From a virus (taxonomy: Duplodnaviria > Caudoviricetes), in the IMG/VR virus record IMGVR_UViG_3300022562_002170, positions 1 to 52,701 of that record: a stretch of 52,701 nucleotides of DNA. The stretch is one strand, 5' to 3'. Made by a program: the position numbers and the translations under genes. Shown in pieces: positions 18,017-29,023 of the stretch. The notes beneath the pieces were generated by a model. The model worked only from the letters and a program-made list of their open reading frames with translations, was not told the DNA's origin and did not search any database. Position 1 is the first letter of the stretch. Each line of letters starts with the position of its first letter.

Positions 18017-21000
18017 ATGCCCACCGCTCCGAAGATAAACTTCCCTGACGGCTCCGGGACCACGAACGCGTTGGTCCTAACGACCAACCTCGCGGGGCTC
18101 GTCCTGACCGGGGAGCTCGACTCGAGCGTCGTGGACGTGCAGGTCAACGTCAATGGCGGAGGATGGAGCTCCGATCCCTCCCTGGTGGAGCTTGCCCTGC
18201 CGGAGTTCACGGTCCCGAACCTCAGCGCCTTCCCGGACGGGCTGGAGCTCGAGCAAGGCGTGAATATCATCCAGCTCCGGGCCATCGATATATCCGGTGC
18301 CTTCAGTCCGGTCGCCACGGCCACCGTCACCGTCATCCCGTCGTCTCAGTTTGCGGACGCCCAGTCCCCTCCGACCGGGATTCGCCTTCAGAGGAACGCG
18401 TCCTCCGTCTACGTCCAGTGGTCGGACGTCCTCCCCACCGCCGTCACCGGCTTCAACGTCTACGCGTCTACCGGATCCGGCGGGACCGGGTCCGGGTACC
18501 TCCGGATCAACAAGGACCTGATCTCTTCCGCCAGCCCCACGGAGCTCGTGGAAGAGGAATTCGCCGTCGGCGATTACAGCTACACGGCCAACGCCCCCGG
18601 GACGGTCGTCCTACCGAACCAGGTTGTCGAGGTTCAGGACGTGGTTCTGGCAGACCTCGTCATCACGTCCGAGTTCCGGGACGCGACCGTCGACATCGCC
18701 CTCCAGACCCCGGTCGTCCACCGCTTCACTCTCAGCGAGGACCCGAAGTTCAGGGTTACGCACTCGATAACGGGGCTCAGGCAGACGAATTTCTTCTCCT
18801 TCCAGCATGATCGGGACGACGGGATCGGGAACGGGATCCTGAACTCCGACATCTTCTCCGTTGTCAGCCCCGAGGACCCGCTCTTCTACGTGGTGACGGC
18901 CGTCTATTACGACAAGGCGACCGGCCAGATGCAGGAGAGCCGATACTCCCAGGAGGTCGCCGGATCCCCGCTTCCGCTCGACACGACCGTCCGGGGCATC
19001 AGGATCCGGGAGCAGGGCACCATCGCCGTCGACTTCATCGGCGAGATCCAATCCGCCAAGCCTGAGCTCTCGCTCATACCTGGGTCCACGGTCCGCGAGG
19101 TCCACGTCGAGCCGTTCTCGAACGAGATGCAGAAGGCCTACTTCCTGATGGACTTCGTCCACCGGGCGAAGTCCTTCGCGGCTCTGCTCCAGATCGACGA
19201 CCCTGGGCTGACGGGGACGAGCGTCCTCGTCGCGAACTCCGCATACAAGCAGAACCTGCGCTCTTCCCTCAGCCTCAGCAGCGATGCGGCCGTGCAGGCC
19301 CTAATCGACAACGCGTTCGACTCCCTGGCAGGGAACTTCGGCGTACCTCGGCTCGGGCGTCGGCAGGCCGTCGTGAACCAGACCTTTTACACGACGACGA
19401 AGCCGGTGGACGACCTCATCGTTGCCCAGGACGCGATAGTGACCTCGTCTACGAACACGGCTGCCCCGAGGTTCAAGGCGAACGGCGCCGCCACTCTTCC
19501 GGCCGCGAACGCGCAAGCCTACTACAACCCCGACAAGAAGCGGTACGAGATCAAGGTCCAGCTTATCGCGGACACCCCTGGTTCCATCGGGAACGTACCG
19601 GCCGGCGACCTCGACACGGTCACCTCCGGGGCCGACGGGTTCCAGACCGTCAACGAGGAGGCGGCGGACTTCGGGCGGGACGTGCAGAGCAACCTCGGCC
19701 TGTCCGAGACTGCGATCCGGAAGCTGTCCTCCTTGGACACTGGGACTGAGGGCGGATACGAGCTGACTGCCATCGGGACCCCCGGCGTCATCGAGGTGCG
19801 CGTTGTCAAGTCCGGGGATCCCGACATGATGCGCGACTACGACGAGGTGCGCGGAAAGCACATCGGCGGCAAAGTCGACATCTGGGTGAAGGGGATCATC
19901 GAGAGGACGATCACTGAGACTTTCGCGTTCCAGTTCGACATCGCCAGGAGCGTCCGGTTTGACGTCATTGACGCCGTCAATCTCGTGTTCCGGGCTCGGG
20001 ACTCCAGGCTCACAGAGGACAACCCGATCCAGGAGATGCTCTACAACCCGTCCCAAAGCCTCGGCCTGAGGAACCAGTCCCTGAGCCCGACGGAAGAGTA
20101 TGACCTGACGGGCGTCGAGATCGTGGACTACAGGACGATCCGTCTGAGCACGGTCATCCCGCAGCCGACGACCCTCTTGGACGACTTTGTAGAGGGTGAC
20201 TACCGTTTCAGGAGCAACAACCGCTTCACCGCCACGCTGCAGCCAATCCGGCGCATCGTGTCCGTGACCGGCGAGGTATCGGGTCCGATCGACTCGTCTC
20301 TCGGGTTCACCCTCTACAAGGTCCAGGATCCGCTCCTGGAGGGAGAGAGCACGATAGCGACGGACTATGTCGAGATCAACCAGGTCGACGACGTCCCGTC
20401 CGGGGCCTCCATCCCGGTGAACGGGGAGGAGCACGTCCTCATCGGGCAGTTCGAGGAGCCTCTGAACTCAGTTGGCATAAATACTTTCACCCTCCGCGTG
20501 TACAGCTCGGACCGGTCGATCGAGTACAACGGCCCGTCCGACCCGAATCCGGACTTCCTGATCGTCGAGGGGTCTCAGACGACCCCGATCAAGATCGTCA
20601 GGACTTCCTATTCGAACATCGCGAACGGCGCGACCGTCTCGGTCGACTATGAGAAGGACGAGAACTTCGACGTCGTGTACGTCGTCAACGACGTTCTACA
20701 GAGGCTCCAGAAGACCATTGAGCAAGGCGTTGACGGTCTGAGGAACGCCAGGCACGTGACCGCCGACGTGCTTGTCAAGCAGGCCGTGGAAAATCCGATG
20801 CTTCTCGAGGCAACGGTCCAACTCCTGCCCATGGCGGACCAGGGCGTGACGGACTCGGAAGTGAGGACTGGACTGACTATCCTGACGGACTCGCGCGGCG
20901 TCGGGGGCGCGGTCCGTCAGTCGGACTCAATTCGCGTCTTCGAGGAGGCCACGGGCTTGGACTTCGTCGTCCAGCCGTATACGCGCCACACTCTGATGGA

Positions 21001-21511
21001 CGGAGCTCTCAGGATCCGGGATAGGGTCCCGTCGGACTACCAGGCGCTTCCGTCCATCAGCCACTTCTCAAACGCCGTCTACATCTTGGACGAGCCCCTG
21101 CCCTTCGACACGACCGACGGCGGGGGAGGGGACACGGTCCACCACGGCGTCTACATGGACGAGCTCATCCTCGAGATGGCGGCATCCCTCGACGATGTCG
21201 GGTTCGGGCTCCATCGGGCCTGGATTATCGGTCGCCTTGGAGCGGTGATCGAGGGCTACTCAGACGACGCGACTCTAGCCCCGGAGTTCGTCACGACCGC
21301 CGCCATCGAGGCGGAAAGGATCCGGAGAACGGCGAACAGGATCGTCGTCTCCATGAACGCCGGCCTGACGCCGGCGGAGGTCCCGACCGACCACGAGTTC
21401 GCCGCAACTTACGTGGTCAACGGGGATCAGGGGACGAAGGACATCGAAGCCTCGCAGGTCGAGTATCTGACCCCGGGCAACGTGACGATCACCTACCGGG
21501 CCGCTGTCTGA
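18017..21511 (+). CDS. Baseplate J/gp6-like wedge protein with N-terminal Ig/FN3-like domains, 1164 aa
   Basis: 'PGSTVRE...FDSLAGNFGVPRLGRRQA', 'IADTPGSIGNVPAG', 'VNEEAADFGRDVQSN' and 'GGKVDIWV' follow the Baseplate_J pattern. Sits between the gp25-like and gpI-like genes. Confidence 0.75.
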   Translation: MPTAPKINFPDGSGTTNALVLTTNLAGLVLTGELDSSVVDVQVNVNGGGWSSDPSLVELALPEFTVPNLSAFPDGLELEQGVNIIQLRAIDISGAFSPVATATVTVIPSSQFADAQSPPTGIRLQRNASSVYVQWSDVLPTAVTGFNVYASTGSGGTGSGYLRINKDLISSASPTELVEEEFAVGDYSYTANAPGTVVLPNQVVEVQDVVLADLVITSEFRDATVDIALQTPVVHRFTLSEDPKFRVTHSITGLRQTNFFSFQHDRDDGIGNGILNSDIFSVVSPEDPLFYVVTAVYYDKATGQMQESRYSQEVAGSPLPLDTTVRGIRIREQGTIAVDFIGEIQSAKPELSLIPGSTVREVHVEPFSNEMQKAYFLMDFVHRAKSFAALLQIDDPGLTGTSVLVANSAYKQNLRSSLSLSSDAAVQALIDNAFDSLAGNFGVPRLGRRQAVVNQTFYTTTKPVDDLIVAQDAIVTSSTNTAAPRFKANGAATLPAANAQAYYNPDKKRYEIKVQLIADTPGSIGNVPAGDLDTVTSGADGFQTVNEEAADFGRDVQSNLGLSETAIRKLSSLDTGTEGGYELTAIGTPGVIEVRVVKSGDPDMMRDYDEVRGKHIGGKVDIWVKGIIERTITETFAFQFDIARSVRFDVIDAVNLVFRARDSRLTEDNPIQEMLYNPSQSLGLRNQSLSPTEEYDLTGVEIVDYRTIRLSTVIPQPTTLLDDFVEGDYRFRSNNRFTATLQPIRRIVSVTGEVSGPIDSSLGFTLYKVQDPLLEGESTIATDYVEINQVDDVPSGASIPVNGEEHVLIGQFEEPLNSVGINTFTLRVYSSDRSIEYNGPSDPNPDFLIVEGSQTTPIKIVRTSYSNIANGATVSVDYEKDENFDVVYVVNDVLQRLQKTIEQGVDGLRNARHVTADVLVKQAVENPMLLEATVQLLPMADQGVTDSEVRTGLTILTDSRGVGGAVRQSDSIRVFEEATGLDFVVQPYTRHTLMDGALRIRDRVPSDYQALPSISHFSNAVYILDEPLPFDTTDGGGGDTVHHGVYMDELILEMAASLDDVGFGLHRAWIIGRLGAVIEGYSDDATLAPEFVTTAAIEAERIRRTANRIVVSMNAGLTPAEVPTDHEFAATYVVNGDQGTKDIEASQVEYLTPGNVTITYRAAV

Positions 21512-21517
21512 GGTCTT

Positions 21518-22342
21518 ATGGCTATCGTCCGCATAAACTTCAACACGTATGAGGACGGTGAGGAGTATCGGATCCGGCTGAGCGACGAGGCGAACAGGAA
21601 CCTCAAGCTCTTCTTCGCCCTGCTCTCCTCGTACTGGCAGTCGACCATCGATGGGCCGAACTACGCCCGGGAGCTCAAAGCGATGGCCATCGAACTCGCG
21701 CGACTCAGGCTGGCCCTGGAGGACGTAAGGACGGACACGTTCTACGCGAACGTTCGATCCGACTTCATGTATCAGGTCTTGACCCAGGTCCTGTTCCCGA
21801 GCGGGGGTCCGGACCCCAGGTTCACGGACCTGGACTTCAGGGACTTCCTGCTGAAGATCGTCAAGGTCTACTTCCAGGGGAGCATACCGCAGTCGATGCA
21901 AGACGCGGTCCAGCTCCTGGTCGGGGACAGCCAGGTCGTGATTAAGGAGTACTTCCTCGAGGCGAGGAAGCCGGGGTCCGGGTTCGACATATCAGACCAG
22001 TTCGGGTTCGGGGTGGACGTCATCATGGCGTCCCCGGAGGACGTAGACGTCTTCTTGGCCGACCGAAACATCCGCATCCTTCTGAACATCATCCGTCCGG
22101 CCCACACCCTGTTCCGCCTCCGTTTCGTGCTCTCGGATGAGTTCCTCGGGAACCAAGACCCGGACCAGCCAACGGACGCGACCGGCTTCAACTCCAAGAT
22201 CGTTGACTCCTTCAGCTTCGTCCTCTCCTGCTACGACTACGAGGACTTTCGAAGGTTTGTCGAGGGGATGGAGGGAATCGACTACCTAGGTGCGAAGAAG
22301 TCCTCGTCTGTGTCGGGCGAGGACCACTCCTCGGACTTCTGA
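21518..22342 (+). CDS. Baseplate wedge gpI/gp7-like protein, 274 aa
   Basis: 'FRDFLLKIVKVYFQGSIPQSMQDAVQLL' and the 'LLNIIRPAHT' (PAH) motif. Follows the gpJ-like gene. Confidence 0.7.
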   Translation: MAIVRINFNTYEDGEEYRIRLSDEANRNLKLFFALLSSYWQSTIDGPNYARELKAMAIELARLRLALEDVRTDTFYANVRSDFMYQVLTQVLFPSGGPDPRFTDLDFRDFLLKIVKVYFQGSIPQSMQDAVQLLVGDSQVVIKEYFLEARKPGSGFDISDQFGFGVDVIMASPEDVDVFLADRNIRILLNIIRPAHTLFRLRFVLSDEFLGNQDPDQPTDATGFNSKIVDSFSFVLSCYDYEDFRRFVEGMEGIDYLGAKKSSSVSGEDHSSDF

Positions 22343-22369
22343 TCGCGCCCGCCAGGCGGGGACTCGGGA

Positions 22370-25300
22370 ATGGTTACTGAAAGGTTCTCAAACGCCGCTC
22401 AGACGACGATCTCCACCGGAGGAGGTATCTCCCCGGTCTCGACCATCGTCGACGTAGCCGACGCCACTCTCTTCCCCGCTCAGCCGCAGTTCCGCATTCG
22501 GATCGACGACGAGCTCATGCTCGTCACCGGCGTCGCAGGGACCACCTTCAACCTCGTCCGCGGCATCGAGGGGACCACTCCCGCCGCCCACGCGTTCGGG
22601 GCAAGAGTTACGCACGTCCTGACCGCCGAGGCTCTTTCGCAGTTCGGCATGGACCTGTCGAACGTGACGGGCCCTCAGGGTCCAGCTGGCGCTCAGGGTC
22701 CGACCGGTGCTCAAGGTGCCCAAGGGTCCCCCGGTTTTACGGGCTTTACAGGTCCGAAGGGGTCCACTGGCCCGCAGGGAGCCACCGGCGTTCAAGGGCC
22801 CACAGGCCCGACCGGTCCCCAGGGCGGACAGGGCGTTACAGGGCCCGTTGGTCCGCAAGGAAATCAGGGTGTCACGGGCTCCACGGGTGCCCAAGGGTCT
22901 CCTGGCTTGACGGGGGCGACGGGTCCGCAGGGCCCGACGGGTTCACAAGGACCCACTGGTCCGACGGGTCCTAGAGGCGACACCGGTCCGTTCGGGGGGC
23001 CGCCCGGAGAGACTGGGGCAACTGGACCGACAGGTCCGCAGGGGCCGCAGGGCGTAACGGGTCCCCAGGGACCCACCGGTCCGACTGGAGCACAAGGTGC
23101 CACCGGCGTGGTTGGGCCGCCTGGTATCGGAGCCACCGGTCCCCAGGGTGGGCAGGGATCACCAGGTGTCACGGGTTCCACTGGTCCTCAAGGTGAGACA
23201 GGACCAACGGGACCGGAGGGACCGACCGGCTCCATAGGATCCACCGGCCCAATCGGCGATACTGGTCCCCAGGGGCCAACCGGAATCCCGGGCGTCACTG
23301 GATTCACTGGGCCGCAGGGTAACACGGGGCCCGAGGGCCCTACCGGACCCCGGGGTGTCACGGGTCCTACCGGACCGGCCGGTCCGACAGGAGGAAAAGG
23401 GACCACCGGGGCCCAAGGGATTCAGGGCTCCCCTGGACTTACTGGAGCCACCGGGCCCACGGGCCCGCAAGGCCCGACTGGGGCCGGGATTCAGGGCTCC
23501 CCCGGACTTACTGGGGCCACCGGCCCCACAGGCCCGAGAGGCGATACTGGACCCCAGGGCGTGACCGGACTCGGAGCTCAGGGCTCTCCGGGTGTCACAG
23601 GTTCAACCGGGCCCACGGGCCCACAAGGTCCGACAGGCCCCGTCGGTCCGCAGGGTCAGACCGGAATCACCGGGCCCACGGGCCCGAGGGGCGACACTGG
23701 GCCCCAGGGTCCTACGGGGGTGCAGGGGATTCAGGGCTCCCCTGGACTTACTGGAGCCACTGGCCCTACGGGTCCTGAGGGTCCGACCGGCGCGGGCGTC
23801 CAGGGTTCCCCGGGCGTTACAGGTTCAACAGGACCCACAGGTCCTACAGGTCCGGTAGGCCCCACGGGGCCACAAGGGATTCAAGGATCCCCGGGTGTTA
23901 CGGGTTCCACCGGTCCGACGGGTCCGGAGGGTCCGACCGGAGCCGGGGTCCAGGGCTCCCCTGGTGTCACAGGTTCAACAGGACCCACAGGTCCTCAAGG
24001 CGACACTGGACCTCAGGGCCCCACGGGGCCACAAGGGATTCAAGGATCCCCGGGTGTTACGGGTTCCACTGGACCCACAGGTCCTCAAGGCCCGACGGGC
24101 GCGGGCGTTCAGGGACCGACTGGTCCGACAGGCGCCGTGGGTCCGGCCGGAGCGTTTGTGGACAGGTATGTTGCCCCGGACGCCAACACATTCCTATATT
24201 GGCCTCTGAATGAGGCGACTGGAGTGGCGACATTCGCGAATGTCGGATCCCAGCAGACCGGGGCGATGGGGATTCCGACGGGCACCATTAGGCTTGCCCG
24301 CGCCGGCGTGTTCGATGGGGCCGCTGATTTCCGTCCAAACGCCTTCAATCACACCCCGCGAAACTCCGCCGGAAGCCTGAACCCGAGCGCCACTCAGTTC
24401 ACGATCCATGGATGGGCAAAGCCTTCGGCTTTGGCGAGTGGCTACACGCGGCTCATCAGTAAATGGTTCAATGATTCCGGGAACACTCCGTCAGCGGCTC
24501 CGGACGCCTTCGCCATACTTCAGTCTTCCGGGACAAGCAAGCTCTTCATTCAGTCGAACAATGGAGGGGCGAACAAGGCCACGACCACGACGACGACGCC
24601 CTTGTCCCTGTATCTCTGGAACCACGTCGCCGTCACATTCGACAACGGAACGGTGAAGATCTACATTAACGGAAGTCTGGATTTGGTTGACGGGACGTTC
24701 CCGTCCAGCATTGACTGGAACGGGACGAGTGGCGGGCCTTGGTCTCTCGGAGGGACTACCGTCAACAGTCCGTTCCTGAGCTTCTTCGATGGGGAACTCG
24801 ACGATTGGCGCGTGGAGAGTGGTGTCGTTAGGGACGCGGCTTACATTTTCGATCTTTTCCAGAAGTCCCGTCAGCTCGGGGTCGGCGGGACTGGAGCTAC
24901 TGGTCCTCGGGGCGCGACTGGGCCCCAGGGCGCGACTGGTCCTCTTGGAGCGACTGGTCCGACGGGTCCGGCGGGGGCCCCGCAGGGTTCTCCTGGCGTC
25001 ACCGGAGCTACCGGCCCGACCGGTCCGCGCGGAGACACCGGCCCGACTGGGCCGGTTGGTCCAACCGGTGCCGGCGTTCAGGGGTCTCCTGGGGTCACGG
25101 GAGCAACTGGCCCACAAGGGATCCAGGGCTCTCCGGGCGTCACCGGGACCACTGGCCCCGCAGGGGCCACAGGGGCCACTGGTCCTGCAGGGGCCACTGG
25201 TCCTGCAGGGGCCACAGGTCCTGCAGGAGGAGGAGGTGGTGGAGGTGCGACGGCGTCCTCAATAGCTGCTGTGGATTCGGCTCCGACTTTCGGGTTCTTC

Positions 25301-26521
25301 GAAGCACAGGCGGCCATTGACCAGATCAAGTCTTCCCTCGACCCGATCCCGACCGGCGGCGGCGCGCCGATCATCCAGACGTTCACGAGGCGCCATTATG
25401 TCGTCGGTGTGGCCGGGAAGCAGTCCTCGAGCGCGACTGGGTTCGTCGCGGTCGGTGCTCTTAGCTTCCGCCCCGAGGACTATCGTCCAGCGGCCCCGGC
25501 CCCGAGCGGGGCTCCGTGGCCGACGATCACGGACGCGTCCGGCGGCGGGTTGGATGGGACGGCGACGAGCATGGTAACCACCGATGTGGTTGTCGACTCC
25601 GCGGGTGGAGTGTTTTCCAAACGCTCGATGAGCTTCAACGGCTCTAGCAAATACGTTGAGATCGGTGATGTCGTCCCTCTGCAGTTCGAAAGGACGAATT
25701 CGTTCTCCATCTCTGCCTGGGTGAAGACTACGTCATCCAGTCCGCAGGTCGTCATCGGGAAGCAGGCGACGGGGACGGCTAACCAAGGGTGGGCGCTCGC
25801 TATCGATACTGGCCTCGTTCCGCACTTCTCGCTATACAACAGCGAGAGTGGGGGGAACGCCCTGGTGGTGAAGGCCTCCTCGGCGATCTCTTCTGGCGTG
25901 TGGACACACGTTGTCATCACATACGGTGGGACCTCTTCTCCCTCCGGAGTGACTATTTACGTGAACGGCTCACCGGTTGGGACGACTACTGTCAGTGATA
26001 CATTGACCGGAACCATCCTGAGCTCCGCCACAGTCCAGATCGCGAGACGGAACAACGTGTCGTTCCCGAACTACTTCAACGGGAACCTGGATGAGATTGC
26101 AGTCTATGGTAAGGAGCTGTCGGCCGCCGAGGTCACGGCTATCTATAACTCCTTCTCCCCTCCGGATCTTGCTACGACCGGTCCGGCCGCGAATCTCGTC
26201 GGATGGTGGCGAATGGGAGATCTGGTCTCCCTCAGCGGGATCGCCATGAAGCATGTCCAGTTCGGGGCCATGCTGGAGTCTGCCGGCGGACTCACGGGAG
26301 CCGTCCAGCTTTACGATCTTTCCGTTGGTACTGGTGTCCCCGGATCCGTGCTTGCCACCACGCTGAACGTACCCACGTATATGCTGTCCCCCGATCTGGA
26401 CCTCCCGACCGGGTCCAGGGAGTACGAGGTCCAGGTCCTGCTCGGGAGCTCAGCGACCGGCCCGACCGGCGCGGACGCAGTTGTCGTTAAGCTCGCGCAG
26501 CTGGAGGTAACGCACGAGTGA
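22370..26521 (+). CDS. Collagen-like fibre with two LamG/concanavalin-A-like domains, 1383 aa
   Basis: N-terminal anchor ([11 protein letters not shown]), about 490 aa of Gly-X-Y, LamG (WNHVAVTFD...FDGELDDWR), about 110 aa of Gly-X-Y, a second LamG (WTHVVITY...[11 protein letters not shown]) and a C-terminal beta domain. Confidence 0.85.
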   Translation: MVTERFSNAAQTTISTGGGISPVSTIVDVADATLFPAQPQFRIRIDDELMLVTGVAGTTFNLVRGIEGTTPAAHAFGARVTHVLTAEALSQFGMDLSNVTGPQGPAGAQGPTGAQGAQGSPGFTGFTGPKGSTGPQGATGVQGPTGPTGPQGGQGVTGPVGPQGNQGVTGSTGAQGSPGLTGATGPQGPTGSQGPTGPTGPRGDTGPFGGPPGETGATGPTGPQGPQGVTGPQGPTGPTGAQGATGVVGPPGIGATGPQGGQGSPGVTGSTGPQGETGPTGPEGPTGSIGSTGPIGDTGPQGPTGIPGVTGFTGPQGNTGPEGPTGPRGVTGPTGPAGPTGGKGTTGAQGIQGSPGLTGATGPTGPQGPTGAGIQGSPGLTGATGPTGPRGDTGPQGVTGLGAQGSPGVTGSTGPTGPQGPTGPVGPQGQTGITGPTGPRGDTGPQGPTGVQGIQGSPGLTGATGPTGPEGPTGAGVQGSPGVTGSTGPTGPTGPVGPTGPQGIQGSPGVTGSTGPTGPEGPTGAGVQGSPGVTGSTGPTGPQGDTGPQGPTGPQGIQGSPGVTGSTGPTGPQGPTGAGVQGPTGPTGAVGPAGAFVDRYVAPDANTFLYWPLNEATGVATFANVGSQQTGAMGIPTGTIRLARAGVFDGAADFRPNAFNHTPRNSAGSLNPSATQFTIHGWAKPSALASGYTRLISKWFNDSGNTPSAAPDAFAILQSSGTSKLFIQSNNGGANKATTTTTTPLSLYLWNHVAVTFDNGTVKIYINGSLDLVDGTFPSSIDWNGTSGGPWSLGGTTVNSPFLSFFDGELDDWRVESGVVRDAAYIFDLFQKSRQLGVGGTGATGPRGATGPQGATGPLGATGPTGPAGAPQGSPGVTGATGPTGPRGDTGPTGPVGPTGAGVQGSPGVTGATGPQGIQGSPGVTGTTGPAGATGATGPAGATGPAGATGPAGGGGGGGATASSIAAVDSAPTFGFFEAQAAIDQIKSSLDPIPTGGGAPIIQTFTRRHYVVGVAGKQSSSATGFVAVGALSFRPEDYRPAAPAPSGAPWPTITDASGGGLDGTATSMVTTDVVVDSAGGVFSKRSMSFNGSSKYVEIGDVVPLQFERTNSFSISAWVKTTSSSPQVVIGKQATGTANQGWALAIDTGLVPHFSLYNSESGGNALVVKASSAISSGVWTHVVITYGGTSSPSGVTIYVNGSPVGTTTVSDTLTGTILSSATVQIARRNNVSFPNYFNGNLDEIAVYGKELSAAEVTAIYNSFSPPDLATTGPAANLVGWWRMGDLVSLSGIAMKHVQFGAMLESAGGLTGAVQLYDLSVGTGVPGSVLATTLNVPTYMLSPDLDLPTGSREYEVQVLLGSSATGPTGADAVVVKLAQLEVTHE
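22670..24152 (+). repeat. Gly-X-Y collagen repeat tract 1 ([15 protein letters not shown] triplets)
   Basis: Continuous triplet periodicity with a few interruptions (GAGVQG, GIG). Recurring block [15 protein letters not shown]. Confidence 0.95.
24888..25227 (+). repeat. Gly-X-Y collagen repeat tract 2
   Basis: Ends in tandem GATGPA units (near-identical 18-bp repeats ggggccactggtcctgca) followed by poly-Gly. Confidence 0.9.
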
Positions 26522-26525
26522 CGGC

Positions 26526-29021
26526 ATGGCTTTCACTGGCATACTAGGGACAAAGAACACCAAGCTCGGAAATGTGGTCCTTGGGATCACGAACGGGCTC
26601 GGCGTCGGGCCGCTCGGGTTCGACGTACATGTCCTGTCCGCGGACGAAGTCCGCGTCCGCTACACCGTGAAGGTGAATGAAACGGCGCTGGATGCGTCAT
26701 TTTACGCGCTCACGTCCATAGCTACCCCGGGTACGGCCGTCACGCCCACCATTCTTTCCGTCAGGTGGTACGACGACAAGCAAAGGTCCGTTGTCCTCCA
26801 GCTTTCCCAGAACCTGACGTATGGGACGGACTATTCGCTCGAGATCAACGGCGTCGAGGACGAGACGGGCGACACCTTGGCCCAGGTTGCGAAGAATTTC
26901 ACGGCGAACGTGCAGGATCCGCCGAGGGCGGTCGGGGCGTGGCAGTCGAAGCGCGGCTTCGTAGACATCCTCTTCGATAAGCCGGTCGGCCTGGACTCGT
27001 CTGGCGCCACGTTCGAGATCCGGGACTCGAGCTCCCCGGGACCTGGCGTGCCGATGGCTCAGACTTCATGGGCCGTCGAGGCCCTGACGGAGGAAACCCT
27101 CCGTATTTCGGTGCCGGGAGGGACGCCGTCGGCCGCGTCCTACTCGATTGACTTCTCCGGCGTGACGGACACCTCGCTGAACACCGCTTCCGGGTCCGTG
27201 CCGATCACTCTCGCCATCAGGTCCGCCCCGCCCTATTCCCTGGCGGACATGCTGCAGCTTCAGATCACCGACGCGTACGTCGTGGGTGGGGACTTCGAAT
27301 ACCTGAAGTTCGGGGTCGTGAGGGTCTTCTTCAACGGTCCCGCCGCGGTCGACCAGGCGTTCCCCGACACGCAATTCACCGTGTACCACGAGGGGCCGCA
27401 CCTGAAGGCCGACGACCTGAACACGATCACGGCCGCCGACGCGGTCGACCTGCCGACCCTGATCACCCTATGTACGGACATCAGGACCAGGTTCAACACC
27501 CACATCGTCGGGCCGGGCGTCCACTTCTCGAATGACCCTGGGGATGCCATCACGTCGGCGGTCCCGACAGACCTCCCGACTTGCATCGACCTGGTGAACG
27601 AGGCCCAGGACCGCTTCCTGTCCCACTATCAGAACACCCTGATCCACATCTACGAGGATGCGGCGAACGAGTTCACGAAGCTGACGGTCGGCGCCGGGAA
27701 CCAGGCCCTGGCGATAGCGGTCGCGAACCAGTACCTCAAGGAGAAATTCAACTCGCACATCCTGGCTGAGCAGCAGGTCCCGTTCGCGCTGCCTCAGTCC
27801 GGGATCATGAACTACATCTCGACGCACGCCACGGAACCCGACAGCGCCTATGACGTCGACAGCGCCTACACGTACTTCGCGGACCTGCACGTCAAGATGT
27901 ATTCGGCCAAGTCCTACGTCAGGATAGAGGCGGACGTCCCGAGTGAGGACGGATTCAGCTCGACGAGCTCAGTCAATTTCACCGGGAACTACACGGCCCG
28001 GGCGTACTCGGACCCGGCCCGGGACCTCTCCCACCTCGTCTTCACGGACGACAGGGTCGAGGTACGTCTCTCTGGGGAGGTCGTCGTCCCTTCCCCGTCC
28101 GCGGTCTCCGCCACAGGCCCGTCCGGGCCCGTCGACATCGACCCGGTCCGCGTCACCGCGACGCTTCGGAACGTCGCGTCGAACCTGAACTTCCTGACCG
28201 TTGCGTTCAATAGTCACGTCGGCGGGGTGGACGCAGGGCACGAGCAGGCGGACACGTATAACAACGTCGTCTTCGGAGTCTTCTCCCCGGACCTTCAGGA
28301 CGTGATCGTTCAGGCCAACATCGTGAAGGACGTGATCAACGCCCATGTCGGGAACCTCCAGGCTCCGTTCCACCTGCACGCGGATCCGAGGACCGTCACG
28401 GCCCCGGACGCGACCGACATGCCCTCCCTCGTCGCCCTCGTCGCCCAGATGAGGGACGTCTACGTCCGCCACAATCAAGAAGGCCCGCACCTGCGCCCCG
28501 GATACCGGGTCTACAACTCGGGAATGTTCGACATCCTCGTCGTCCCAACGAGGGCGATGGTGGACGGGTCCGCATACTCCCTCGGAGGGACGATCAGAAG
28601 CCGATACCTGAGCATACCTGGGAACGGCGAGATTGGTGTCCTATATCCATATCAGTCCGGGACCACTCTCAGGTACCTAGGGGACGAGGGGATGTCCCAG
28701 ACGGACCTCTCCACCTCCTTCACCGGCATCGCCTCCAGGCCGTCCTTGGCGTCCGCCCTCCCGAAGTCCGGGCTCGAGTTCGGGGACGACGGCGAGCTCC
28801 GCTTCGAGTCGGACCAGGTAGAGGTCTACTTTTCCAAGCCGATGGCCCGCGTGCCCCTCGACTCGTCGAACCTCCCGATTTCCGGAGGGACCCTCCTCCA
28901 GAAGGAGGCCGACTGGATGGACCCGCGCACGGCCTCGGTAAGGGTTATTAGCATGGAGGCGATCCCGTACACGGTCGTCGCGGTCGGCCTCACTGACGAG
29001 GCGGGGAACCAGGTCTACTAG
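26526..29021 (+). CDS. Virion protein with Ig-like domains and two triplets of His-pair helical repeats, 831 aa
   Basis: Ig-like 'VVLQLSQNLTYGTDYSLEINGVEDETG' and 'VYFSKPM...GLTDEAGN'. Repeats such as DLPTLITLCTDIRTRFNTHIVGPGVHFSND. Confidence 0.8.
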   Translation: MAFTGILGTKNTKLGNVVLGITNGLGVGPLGFDVHVLSADEVRVRYTVKVNETALDASFYALTSIATPGTAVTPTILSVRWYDDKQRSVVLQLSQNLTYGTDYSLEINGVEDETGDTLAQVAKNFTANVQDPPRAVGAWQSKRGFVDILFDKPVGLDSSGATFEIRDSSSPGPGVPMAQTSWAVEALTEETLRISVPGGTPSAASYSIDFSGVTDTSLNTASGSVPITLAIRSAPPYSLADMLQLQITDAYVVGGDFEYLKFGVVRVFFNGPAAVDQAFPDTQFTVYHEGPHLKADDLNTITAADAVDLPTLITLCTDIRTRFNTHIVGPGVHFSNDPGDAITSAVPTDLPTCIDLVNEAQDRFLSHYQNTLIHIYEDAANEFTKLTVGAGNQALAIAVANQYLKEKFNSHILAEQQVPFALPQSGIMNYISTHATEPDSAYDVDSAYTYFADLHVKMYSAKSYVRIEADVPSEDGFSSTSSVNFTGNYTARAYSDPARDLSHLVFTDDRVEVRLSGEVVVPSPSAVSATGPSGPVDIDPVRVTATLRNVASNLNFLTVAFNSHVGGVDAGHEQADTYNNVVFGVFSPDLQDVIVQANIVKDVINAHVGNLQAPFHLHADPRTVTAPDATDMPSLVALVAQMRDVYVRHNQEGPHLRPGYRVYNSGMFDILVVPTRAMVDGSAYSLGGTIRSRYLSIPGNGEIGVLYPYQSGTTLRYLGDEGMSQTDLSTSFTGIASRPSLASALPKSGLEFGDDGELRFESDQVEVYFSKPMARVPLDSSNLPISGGTLLQKEADWMDPRTASVRVISMEAIPYTVVAVGLTDEAGNQVY

Positions 29022-29023
29022 CC

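Noticed and set aside
22670-25227. DNA repeats that could be mistaken for a CRISPR array or satellite, and collagen-like antisense ORFs
   Set aside because: Fully explained by Gly-X-Y coding. There is no constant repeat with unique spacers, and GGN/CCN symmetry creates the antisense Gly-Pro pattern.
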